A DNA stretch of 22,105 bases from Bugula neritina. Its lineage: Eukaryota > Animalia > Bryozoa. How positions within the stretch are numbered: the first letter of the stretch is position 1; every line of letters begins with the position of its first letter. The position numbers and the translations under genes were made by a program. Where the stretch lies: contig CAXIUT010000127.1 in NCBI GenBank assembly GCA_964035545.1, positions 1-22,105 on the forward strand, given 5' to 3'. Below the pieces are notes generated by a model that did not search any database, was not told the DNA's origin, and saw only the letters and a program-made list of their open reading frames with translations. Positions 1-10,671 of the stretch are shown piece after piece.

Positions 1-63
1 CCCAACCCCAACCCCAACCCCAACCCCAACCCCAACCCCAACCCCAACCCCAACCCCAACCCC
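1..63 (+). repeat. Left telomere (CCCCAA)n
   Basis: Perfect C4A2 repeats (Tetrahymena-type telomere) at the start of the window. Confidence 0.99.
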
Positions 64-64
64 T

Positions 65-322
65 GAATTGTATAGACAAGATCTCCAGTCCATGAATACC
101 AAGATAGGAAATATCAATGAAGAGATAATCTAAACAATGACTCCTCTGATTGATTCTTTAAACAGAATGCTTTAGATGGGAATAAACAACCAGAAGTAGG
201 AAAATGCTAACTTCCAATAACAATTAACCGAACTCAAGAAGGAGAAATCAATTCTTGCTCAAATGATCGTAGCCTCTCATAAGAGGTCAGAACAACTCAA
301 CGAAGAAGTAGGTCACTACTGA
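65..322 (+). CDS. Small coiled-coil protein, probably 5'-truncated by the telomere
   Basis: With TAR=Glu the frame is open from the telomere junction to TGA 320-322: ELYRQDLQSMNTKIGN...NQKEENANFQEQLTELKKEKSILAQMIVASHKRSEQLNEEVGHY. The first ATG is at 92, only 28 nt from the telomere. Confidence 0.65.
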
Positions 323-410
323 TTTACCCTTCTTAATCACTACATACATATCTATCAACTCTTTTATTAATCAGCCAGCCTTTTTATAGGATAGTTAATA
401 TTATCAACCG

Positions 411-1944
411 ATGAAATAAGTTCAAGAGAAAGCAAGAAGCAGAAATATAACACCCAACTTCCTCCGCTTCAGAAGTAACTCCTTAGCTATTTAGGGAAAA
501 GCATAGGACCAACTGGTAAAGAAACAGAAGAAGATAAAGTGTAAACTCAAATAACTACTGAACGGTCAGATAGAAATTCTGTTAGAGGTAGTAGCTTTGA
601 AACACAACAAGCAAGAGAACTTCGATTAAGTCAACCAAGTATCAATACAATTATCAAGAAACGAAAGTTGTTAAGAGACAGAGTAGTGAAACGGAAGAAA
701 ATATGTACAAACATATTCACCTTACTCTTGCAGATCATCTTAATAGAACAAGATAGAACAGTTCGCAAAAAAAAAGTACAATCCCTGATCGTAACGCCAC
801 TGGAAGTAGTTTAAGTAGTAGAAACAACGACTATAAAAGAAACTCAGCTTCAGGAAAGATCGTAATTAAAACTTCTCGACAACCTTCAAATCCAAAAAGA
901 AATGAAGAATCTTTATAAAAAGAAGAATTAAGAGCTAATTAAACTAAAGCTTAATTATTAAAAAATATGAATAAAAAGACCTTTGCTCCTAACTATAAAC
1001 ACCATCAAAAGATGAAAAAAATAGAAATTACTTAAAAAAAGAAGCCTTAACTAGCATAAAAAAAGAAAATAGAAGTGATTGATAAGAAAAAATGTAGCAA
1101 AGGCAAACAAATGAATTTAATTGTTGAAATAAAAGGATAAGAATAAATAAATAAGTATGAAATATTGGGATAACTTGGAAAAGGAGCATATGCTAATGTA
1201 AAAATGGGAATTGATAAGAAAACTAAAGAAAAAATAGCTGTCAAAATCTATGATAAAAAGAAATTAGACTAGCCAAACAAAATTAAAAATCTTGAAAGAT
1301 AAATAAACATCTTAGCAGAGTTGTCACATATGACTATTGCTAAAATTATTGAAGCCATTGAAACTCCAAACCATCTGTATCTTATTTTATAATACGGAGG
1401 AGCAAATTCACTTTACAACTACTTGCTCTCAAAGCCATAACATCGTCTACCTTAGCATTAAGCAAAATAGTTTCTTTTGGTAATCGCTGAAGCCTTGTTT
1501 TATCTTCACGGTAGAGATATCGTTCATAGAGATATAAAGGCCTAAAATATTTTGATTAATCGTCATCGTCAACTCAAACTGATTGACTTTGGTTTTAGTC
1601 TCAGATGCCCAGCAAATGATGTTATTGACACCTTCTGTGGCACTCCAACCTATATGGCTCCTGAAATAGTATCAAAAAGAGATCATTGTCCAGTTTATAC
1701 AGATATGTGGTCACTCGGAATCTTATTCTATGTAATGCTTCAGGGAAATTATCCTTTTAGAGCAAAAAATGAAAACTAATTGTTCTAAAAGATTAAGAAA
1801 GGCCGTTTTGAGTACATTCATAACGACATAACAAAAGAAAGTAAGAAGTTAATTGAAGGATTATTACGTGTCAATCCTCTCGATAGGTTGAATATACGTG
1901 ACATTTTATCCAAAGAAAACAGAGAATGGTTAAAGAGCTAGTGA
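411..1944 (+). CDS. Ser/Thr protein kinase, CAMK group (SNF1/MARK-like), with a long low-complexity N-terminus
   Basis: Motifs GKGAYANV, IAVKIY, HRDIKAENIL, DFG, FCGTPTYMAPE and DMWSLG. 20-nt introns at 475-494 and 639-658 join ATG 411 to the kinase frame. Confidence 0.93.
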
Positions 1945-2005
1945 TTCAGTTTTACAATTATTAAAATAAACATCTATAAACATTTGAAAATCGTTAATAT
2001 TTTGA

Positions 2006-2532
2006 ATGAGTCACAGAAGAGATGTTTCTCCTCAATACAGACAGGAGTCAAAAAGAAGAAAAGCAGCCCTTTCAACAGATCAGGAAGTATAAGTCAGAGA
2101 AGCCTTTGATCTCTTTGACCCTCATCAAACATCTCACATCACATATCATTAACTCAAAGTCATTCTCAGAGCTTTAGGATTTGATATTAAAAAGTCAGAA
2201 GTTGTTCAATTGGCAAGATAGTTCGATGTCAGATAAACTGGTAGAATCAGTTACGAAGATTATGTTGAAATTATGAAGAGAAAATATGGAGAAAGAGATC
2301 CTATTGAATAAGCTCTCAAAGCATTTAAACTTTTTGATGTTGATGGTCGAGGAAAGATTAGTTTAAACGATCTAAGAAGAGTTGGTAAATAGCTGGGAGA
2401 AGGTTTAAAAGAAGAAGAGCTTGTTGCTATGATTGAAGAATTTGATCAAGATGGAGATGGCTAAAGTACATATCATTTAATATAGTTAATGAAGAATAAT
2501 TTTTGGCAATTCTACGTCCTTCCATCATTTGA
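2006..2532 (+). CDS. CETN3: Centrin (centrin-3/Cdc31-like EF-hand protein)
   Basis: EVREAFDLFD...YHELKVILRALGFDIKK...ELGE...EEFDQDGDGEINEEEFLAI. 20-nt intron at 2466-2485. Confidence 0.9.
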
Positions 2533-2602
2533 TCTCAATTCATATCTTTAAGAAAAAGGATTTTATTTAATATTAATATAAATTATAATTAATCCTCACC
2601 AT

Positions 2603-3060
2603 ATGTCATAAGCCAAAAGTCAACTTGTTCAATGCTTTGGAAGAAAGAAAAATGCTGTTGCAGTTGCAGCAGTCAGAACTGGCAAAGGAGTCCTCAGAGT
2701 CAATGGATCTCCTATTGAACTCCTTGAACCTCAATCACTCAGAGTTAAAGTCCTTGAACCCATCCTTCTTCTCGGTCTCAAGAGATTCCAGAATCTTGAT
2801 GTCAGAATTAGAGTCAGAGGTGGAGGTTATGTGGCTCAAATCTATGCCATCCGTCAAGCTCTATCTAAAGGAGTTGTTGCTTACTATCAAAAATATGTGA
2901 ACTAAACTGAGAAGAGAGAAATCAAGTGTACTTATTGATTGATTTAGAATTACTTCTCCAATATGACCGAGCTCTTTTGGTTGCAGATCCAAGAAGATGT
3001 GAACCAAAGAAGTACGGAGGTGCTGGAGCTAGAGCCAGATATCAAAAATCTTATAGATGA
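2603..3060 (+). CDS. RPS16: 40S ribosomal protein S16 (uS9)
   Basis: [14 protein letters not shown]...[16 protein letters not shown]...[28 protein letters not shown]. 20-nt intron at 2928-2947. Confidence 0.98.
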
Positions 3061-3162
3061 TAGTTGGATTCATGTATTTCAGATCAAATCTACTCATTAT
3101 AACTTATTATTTATTTATATAAGAATAACTCGATCACTAACAGGTTTGAACTAAATTTTTAA

Positions 3163-4846
3163 TCAAGAACTCTTCCTCGATACTCCTCGTTTATAGTATC
3201 TTTGTTACATTTTATTGCAGTATTTTTGATAAAGCCTATTGATCATTATCTATCAATCTTTCAAAACTTAAACTAAACTGCTTGTTTACATAAGCTTGCC
3301 ATTTAGAATATCTTTAAATCCAAGCAAACTCTCTTTCATCATTCTGATCAATACCTAACTCAATAATTACAGACATATTTGGATTTTTTTCATCTATTTT
3401 GCTTGATATCATAGAACTTTGTCTCTAATTTATTGTGCTCTAAGATTTTTATATAATTTTTGAATTTATAATTTATTTATCTAAAAATACTTTCCTTCGA
3501 GCTTGATATTCCCGAGTAAAGTCTTGAACTTCCGTTCTATACTAGCTAAAGCTTTTCCAATCTATTTGAGTCTATTAATTTAACTGTTTATTGATTCTTT
3601 TGAAAAACATCTGATAAGATTTAATATTCTCTCCGAAAACTCTGTAGATATCATTATAATTTAACAAAACACGAGATAATTTTTAATAAGTTTCTGATTT
3701 AATAAAAGCGTTATTTTGATTAAGATCAACTATAAAAAATTTAAACTGCTGTTGTTGATATGTAAGTTAATTAGTTATTTCTTGAATACTTTTATTAATT
3801 TTAACATTAGAATCTCCTATATCTCTCCATAGCTTTTATAATAATTAACTCTTCTTTGAATAATCTTTATTTAATCGCTGATTCTATTCAGAAATTTAAA
3901 TAGGAACACATCCATCTACATTCTTTATTAACTTTATATGATTTATTAAAGTTTAACCAAGCTTCTTCTTGTGATTTACATAATTTTAATATTTTATTTC
4001 TTTAAAAAAACGAAAAGTATAAAGATTCTCAAATAATTGTTTATTCTTGCATACTTTATTAATAAATCTCCTACATTTTTACACTAAAATACCTCTTATC
4101 ATCTAATTATCCACTTTACCTAGTTACTTCTATGTTATCTATAAAGGAGGCACAAAAGTATATGGAAAACCTTTTGTTAATGCTTTTCTAAGGAAAATAA
4201 AATCTTAAATAGTTCTTTATACTATTTCTGTGAAAATATTAGTCTTTACGACAACCCAAAGTTCCAGAGTACCTCCTATACCAAAGAATCCTCCTCTTTT
4301 ATTTGTAAAGTTTCTAAGTAAAGTTAAAAATACTTTGTAAAATTGATTGAAATATCGTTATAATTATAATGTTCTTGGAAAAAAGGCTTTTCTCTTTTAC
4401 ACTATTCATATCCATTCAGTTCATAATCCCAAGCTCCATTACTCTGAAATTATTTATAGAAATACATAATAAACTTTCGTTGGATTCCACTATTTGGTAA
4501 TTCCATTGATAATAGGTTTTTAGACAATAAAGCTTTGAGTTTAATCTTCTTTTACATCTTTTTTTGGGTGTTTTTCCTTGAAATGATTAACAATTTTTTC
4601 TAGTTATTCGCTTGTAAACAAATCGAGATTATGTTATTCTGTCTTAATTCCTTTCTTATCCTTCAATTCATCAAGAAAATATTGTGCAAAACATTCTAGC
4701 ACTTGTTAGTCACCATCATAAAAATCCATTATTTGTTCTTTGAGAAACTGCTTTTTATGAGCAAGTTCTTGATTAATCTCGTCTCCTTCTTGTTATCGCT
4801 TTTACAAATACTGCTCAACAATCTTTTACTCTTAATTATCCTCCAT
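3163..4846 (-). CDS. PX-domain (sorting nexin-like) protein
   Basis: PX core IVERTIEDFIFLRKALTKGFPYTFVPPL followed by a helical C-terminus. Several tiny introns (e.g. 4444-4465, 4314-4333). Exon structure and stop position only partly traced. Confidence 0.72.
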
Positions 4847-4913
4847 GTCAGTTTTTAATATCAAATCTGATATTTTAATTCTTATACTTAGACAATATTA
4901 TTTAATCAATAAG

Positions 4914-5836
4914 ATGGCTTCTCTCTCAAACCTCTTTTAAAAAAGATCCAAACAACCTCCTCAACTTTCAAATCTCTTCCAAATGTAAGCTATCAATAAA
5001 TTTGAACATCTACCACAAATCTAGAGGTAGCCAGTCATCACATTATAAGAACCATAACATAAAAAAGATTAGCCTTAGGACTTATAAAGCACAATATTTG
5101 TTGGAAATGTGCCTCTTAGTTATATTGATCGAGATTTGAAAAAAATATTTAAAGAATATGGCAAAATAAGCAAAATATGGTTTAGATCTGTGCCTGTTGA
5201 AGATAGTAAAATGTCAACAAAAGCTAAATGCATCCTCCAAAAATATCAAGATGGAGCTGATTCTCAAAATGCATACGTAAAATATGAAACAAAAGCACAA
5301 GCTTAAAAAGCATGTAAAGTCAATGGCTTTATCACTGAATAGCATACTTTGAGAGTATCCTTGTGCCTTGACAATAATTAAGACTATAAATCTACTTTGT
5401 TTGTTGGAAATCTACCAACTAACATCAGAGAAGAAGAATTAAGAGACCATTTTAAATCGAAAGGAGAAATTATCAATGTAAGAGTTATTAAAGATAAACG
5501 TACATTAAAAGGAATAGGAATAGGTTATGTAAGATTTGCTGTACAGAATGGTATAATATTTATTATATAGATATGTTTAAAGCCCTTGATACTATGAATG
5601 GGTCAGTACTTAATGATAGACCTTTAAGAGTAAAGCGAGCCATAGAGAAATCAAAACTGTAGAAAAAGGCGAGAACAGTAAATTAAAACAAAATAAATAA
5701 AAAAGGCTATACTCCTCCGAGACAAAAAAAGAATTCTAAAAATGTAGAAGCCTATAAAAGGAGAAAAGAACGTTCAGAAGGGAAAAAAGATAAACCTAAA
5801 AATCGTCAACATAAAAAGAAAATGATCAAAAAATGA
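4914..5836 (+). CDS. RBM34: Two-RRM nucleolar RNA-binding protein, RBM34/Nop12-like
   Basis: STIFVGNVP...KIWFRSVPV...SQNAYVKY; second RRM TLFVGNLP...GIGIGYVRF; Lys-rich tail. 20-nt intron at 5551-5570. Confidence 0.85.
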
Positions 5837-5909
5837 AGACTTTATCATTATCTATAACATCTGATTAATATTTTAAATTAAATATGAAGTTAGAGAGTTA
5901 GATTGAATA

Positions 5910-5996
5910 GGGGTTGGGGTTGGGGTTGGGGTTGGGGTTGGGGTTGGGGTTGGGGTTGGGGTTGGGGTTGGGGTTGGGGTTGGGGTTGGGGTTGGG
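5910..5996 (+). repeat. Internal telomeric tract (GGGGTT)n
   Basis: 87 nt of perfect G4T2 repeats in the orientation of a right-hand chromosome end, followed directly by unique sequence. Confidence 0.99.
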
Positions 5997-6588
5997 CTGG
6001 AAAATGGACTAGATTAAAATGTAAAGATGTGTTTTAATATCTTTCATCTATATAGGCAAAAATCATAGAACTATGTAAGACAGTGATAAAAAGATACAAA
6101 CAAAGAACCTGAGATAGCTCGATACATAGTTCACCCTTAAATGACACAGTTGACCACTTTAAATTTGAGTAATATTAGAATAAAGAAGGAAACAATAAAA
6201 TAGTCAGTCTTTGTCACTTAGTTGATATAAAAGCTCCTAATTTGACACATTTAAGCCTAGGAGACAATAATATATCTAGACTAAGACCATTAGCTAAAAT
6301 GGTAACTCCTAATCTAGAATACCTGAGTTTATGTATTATTTTTTTTATGAAGATTCCAACTAAGTGACCGATCTCTAACCAATTAGTGAATGCAATTTTC
6401 CAAAACTAAAAGTATCTTTATAAATAAAAAAGTTTTTCATTCTAGGAATAAACAAAGTGTCACATATTAAACCTATATGTAAATGGCAATTTGACAACTT
6501 TGAAAGTTTGAGCATGGAAAACAACCGATCTTGCAGTAACACTATTACTAGCAATTGGAAGTATACATCCAAACTGATCTACATGTGA
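5997..6588 (+). CDS. Leucine-rich repeat protein (24-aa LRRs), probably 5'-incomplete
   Basis: LTTLNLRNNKI..LTHLSLGDNNI..LEYLSLYSNEV..LKFFILGINKV after removing introns at 6075-6093, 6169-6188, 6333-6352 and 6412-6432. The frame is open back to the telomeric tract with no in-frame ATG in the first exon. Confidence 0.8.
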
Positions 6589-7068
6589 AGATAATTATTG
6601 AATGAAATCAATTACTGTTTTTGATAAAAATATGACCTTATTTAGAAATATTATTTTGTCTCTAAAATTCAAATTAACTCTTAATTTATTAACTAAAAAT
6701 TTAAGCAAGATATTTAAAATTTAAATTCAGTTTATCTTCACTCAATAATATTTAATAATCTTAATTTTATCCTTAAAACTCAGATAAAGGCTTTTATTTT
6801 TATTTTTAAAATCTTTTTGGATGTTAAAATATCAGTTAGAAATTATAATAAGCACCTAAATATCTTTATTTATAATTGATACTATCAAAAATTCATTTTC
6901 ATTAATTTATGTATATGATCTTTTTAGAGGAATTATACTTTTACGAAAAGTAAAAATTGAAATTTATAAAGTTTAGTTGATATATTTAAATATTTAAAGT
7001 GAATCTTTAATAGATTTCTATATACTATTTTGTTTAAAAGTAAAGATATAAATGGAAGTATCAATTTC

Positions 7069-7496
7069 ATGACCAGAACAAAACAAACTGCCAAAAAGAC
7101 AGCTCCCAGAAATCCAAAATTGCAGCCTTTTAATATGAAAGTAGCAAAAAAATCAGCGCCATTAAACCCTGGAGTCAAAAAGGCACCTCGATTCAAATCT
7201 GGCACTATTGCTCTCAGATAAATTCGAAAATATCAAAAATCTGTACTTATTAATTTATATAGACTGAACTTCTTATACGAAAGCTTCCCTTCCAAAGATT
7301 AGTCAAAGAAATAGCAACCAGCTTCAAACAATAAGTCAGATTCCAAAGTCAAGCATTACTAGCTCTGCAAGAAGCAGCTGAAGCATACATGGTCAGCCTC
7401 TACTAAGACACCAATTTATGTGCCATTCATGCAAAAAGAGTTACCATTATGACTAAGGACCTGCAACTCGCAAAAAGAATCAGAGGACAGATGTGA
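7069..7496 (+). CDS. H3: Histone H3 variant with a divergent N-terminal tail
   Basis: MTRTKQTAKK...[32 protein letters not shown]...YEDTNLCAIHAKRVTIM. 20-nt intron at 7243-7262. Confidence 0.97.
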
Positions 7497-7544
7497 TCAT
7501 TCATTATATGAAAATTAAATTATCAATATTTAACTAACTATCAC

Positions 7545-8948
7545 TCAAAACTCAAGCAAATTCTCTCTAAGAGGAGTGTCTATCTTTTACTAAAATCCAT
7601 GAAACGAAAACCTGAGAAAGTTGTTTGAAGAAACACTGATTTATGATTATTATAGCTATTTTAAAGAACTTTCCAGGGAAGATAATCTGAGATAAATTGG
7701 ATTTGATCCGATCCAAAGTGTAAAGATATCGTTATATTGTTCAAAACATTGTATAATCCATCGAACATATGCTAAGTTAGCTTAGTTAGTCAGAATATTG
7801 ACTGTAAAATCAAACTTTGAAGGATTTTTGGCTGTATAAAAGTCAAGATAGTTACTTTAATTTCCCCTGATTCTTTAAACAAGAATATTCAAATAGTTAC
7901 TATATTCTTAAAAATGGTATAGAGTTTTAAATTATTGAGAGAAAAAGGCAGTCTTTTTCATCAAAGGAAGCAGATTATTGATGCAAAGTGATCTACAATG
8001 CATGTACACAACTGTAAGTACTTTGAAAATGGTAAGAGTACTATCTTTACAGTTAATATGAACAAAACGATGAGAGTGTTGCCTATTAAATGTACCAGGA
8101 GAACATTGTTTGTTTATCTGACCCCTTTGATAACCTTTTTTATTGAAGATCTCTGAATTCCCCTTTCTACTTTTGATAATTATTTCCAGTTAAAGAAGAT
8201 ATATTTGTTCTGTAAGAATTCCAACTGAAAACATACAATTAACCAACTCTTTACTATTAGGAAACTCTCTTCTAGATATTTATTTAATCTTAAGATCATT
8301 TTTTAATCTAGATTCTTCCAGTTCTTTGGTTTATCGATCTCTTAGAGAGAACTTTTATCTCAAATCTGCAGATTATTTTTTCATTTTCATCATATCACAT
8401 TTTATTTATTTAATTTTTTCTCTTTTTATTGCATTAATTTCTTCTATTCTATCAGAACAATCTTTCATAGAGTATATTTCATAGTCAATTATAAAATTCT
8501 TTTTAGAAAAGAACAATAATCTTCTCTTTTTCATGTCATAGAATAAATTCTTTTTGCTTAAACTATAACTTCTTTTTTGAATCTCCTCTATTCTATCTAT
8601 GAGATCATTAACTTTTTTTTGTTTTTCCTCGAATACTTTAACAATTTTGTCATAGCGTAAAAATGAACTCTTTGTATAAGACTTTAATTTTGAAAGACTG
8701 AACTATTGAGCAACTAAAGGATTAACCGTTAGTGGTGAAACAACTTTCATTTATGCTTTAAAAATCCATTTGTTAGTTCCAAGACTTTCTTCATGCTTCA
8801 TCTTTTTCTTCAATGTTGAGAAGTAATCTTAAGAGAAATATCTCATTCTCTTCGAGAAAGTTGAATTGAGAGTAAGAACATTTGTTTTTGGTGTTTTAGG
8901 GCTTTAAAGAACTATAGAAGGAGGTGAATGACAGCCTCGCTGCTACAT
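7545..8948 (-). CDS. Hypothetical protein (~467 aa, partly coiled-coil)
   Basis: Uninterrupted ATG-to-TGA frame under TAR=Glu (MEQRGCHSPPSIVLESPKTPK...RENLLEF). No domain recognised. Confidence 0.7.
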
Positions 8949-9028
8949 TGATAAGATAATTATACTAAATTGAGTCAAGTAATGAGATAAATATAAATTA
9001 ATCGGAAAATGTAGAAATATATCTTAAA

Positions 9029-9565
9029 TCAAGGAAAGAAATAAGATAAGGCGACATTCTTTTTCTTCAACTTGGCAAATTATCTTCTATTGATTTCACT
9101 TATAGCATATCTGGGATTTTACAAAATTAGTTCAGCTTTTTTGAGTTATATTTTGTAGTTTTCGACAACCAAAACTCCTTCATCGATTGTATGATCTAAA
9201 GTTTTATAATTTGAAGTAAAGCACCAACTATTCATTCCAATAATGCCGTTATTATTTCCAAAAACAACATTACTTTTTCCTTGAATTTTATTCTTTTTTC
9301 CATCGACATAATTACCAGCTTCATATTTCATCTCTGATTTAGCCCAATGTAGAGCTTCAGCTGCTTCAATTACAGCTTCATACAATAAGGTTCGATTGCA
9401 AAATCTCCAGTTGTATGTCGGGACAACCAATTTAACATAGTTGACACGATAGTTAGTCAAATATTGCATCTAAGGAGATAAGTAAGGAATAGATATTCTC
9501 TGAATTTCAGCGCTTGAGAGCTTGATAATCAAAAGAACTGACAAAATTGTCAAAAGTTTATTCAT
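9029..9565 (-). CDS. Secreted protein (178 aa) with heptad N-x-(V/I)-x-G repeats
   Basis: Signal-peptide-like MNKLLTILSVLLIIKLSSA; repeats GNYVDGK/KNKIQGK/SNVVFGN/NNGIIGM; intronless. Confidence 0.8.
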
Positions 9566-9644
9566 TGTTCTTCTTCTATTTTTAGATTATAGAAGGATTA
9601 ATTAGATTGAACATAATATATTCTAGAAATGCCAATCTATCAAA

Positions 9645-10605
9645 TCAATCTTCCTTGCTAATCTACTCATATAAACCTCCATTTTTCTTCTTGTTTTTCT
9701 TCTTTTTGTCCTTGTTCTGGCCATATCTTAATCCAATCAAAGCCAACATTACTCCTGATCCTCCCAAAGTCATTTCTTGCCGATATGCACATATTCCCTC
9801 ACTAGAATCACTAGAACAAGCAGCCACAGAGTAGAATATCACAAGCATTGATAAAAATGATACAAATTGCATCCATTTATTTTTAGCCAATCTAAATATA
9901 AAAATTAATATACGAAAAGAAATTATTTCTCTAACCACGATAAGAAAACAGATATAAAGTCTTATCATATCCTTCTTTCATTCCAGAAATTCTAATTATA
10001 CTTTTATTTGCCACGTTTGCCATCTGAGTCACATAGATATTATCAGTATCGTCCATTATTGAATGCCAATAACAGTGTTTTGATACTTTAGATATATAAT
10101 GCTTTATATTTGTAACAAAATTCTGAATAAGGATATTAGTACAGTTTAGAAGTCTTTATCAGAATGGAAATATGTTCCATAGAAAGGCTATATAAAATCA
10201 ATTAGAGATTGATTAGTTGCCTAAGTAGTTGTACTTTTCTAATCGAAAGTAATCGTCAAATTATTTGCTTTATTTTGATTAATATACGTTTTTTATCTTT
10301 TAATTCAGGAAATTTAATAATGGATGGATACTAAATATACTTAGGCCTCCAAACCATTAGTATGATATTTTTAATTTTTAATATAGCTGATGATTTGACT
10401 TGATATTGTATGAAATAGGCAGGACTACGACAAACAGCCCATAAAATATCAGCAGGCGATATCTACTCAATATCCTTCACTTATTTAATCTATATGTACT
10501 AACATTGTTTAAAGGTTGATCGAAACTTACCAACTACAAGTGGCGAAGTATATTTTTAAGAGGTCTAGCATCAAATGTGTTCTGAATTATCTGAAGATCT
10601 GACAT
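9645..10605 (-). CDS. Hypothetical membrane protein with two C-terminal hydrophobic segments and a basic tail
   Basis: Frame reconstructed with four 20-22-nt GTA..AG introns. C-terminus WMQFVSFLSMLVIFYSVAAC...GGSGVMLALIGLRYGQNKDKKKKNKK. Confidence 0.65.
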
Positions 10606-10671
10606 TATTTAAGATGTTGATTATATTAATTTAGAATATTGAATCAAGTTTAACGTTTTGTATTTATTTAA

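Noticed and set aside
320-638. UGA readthrough fusing the first ORF to the kinase (frame +2 stays open after TGA 322)
   Set aside because: ATG 411 plus the 20-nt intron at 475-494 explains the kinase N-terminus without readthrough.
1300-2500. Standard ciliate Gln code, or different meanings for UAA and UAG
   Set aside because: Both codons sit at conserved Glu positions in several proteins.
5910-5996. CRISPR array or microsatellite
   Set aside because: It is a pure telomeric hexamer with no spacers.
6412-6432. Claim that all introns have non-3n lengths
   Set aside because: This intron and the RhoGAP intron near 16904-16924 appear to be stopless 21-nt introns.
7058-7076. 19-nt GTA..CAG intron giving H3 an upstream start at 7052
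   Set aside because: Splicing it puts H3 out of frame.
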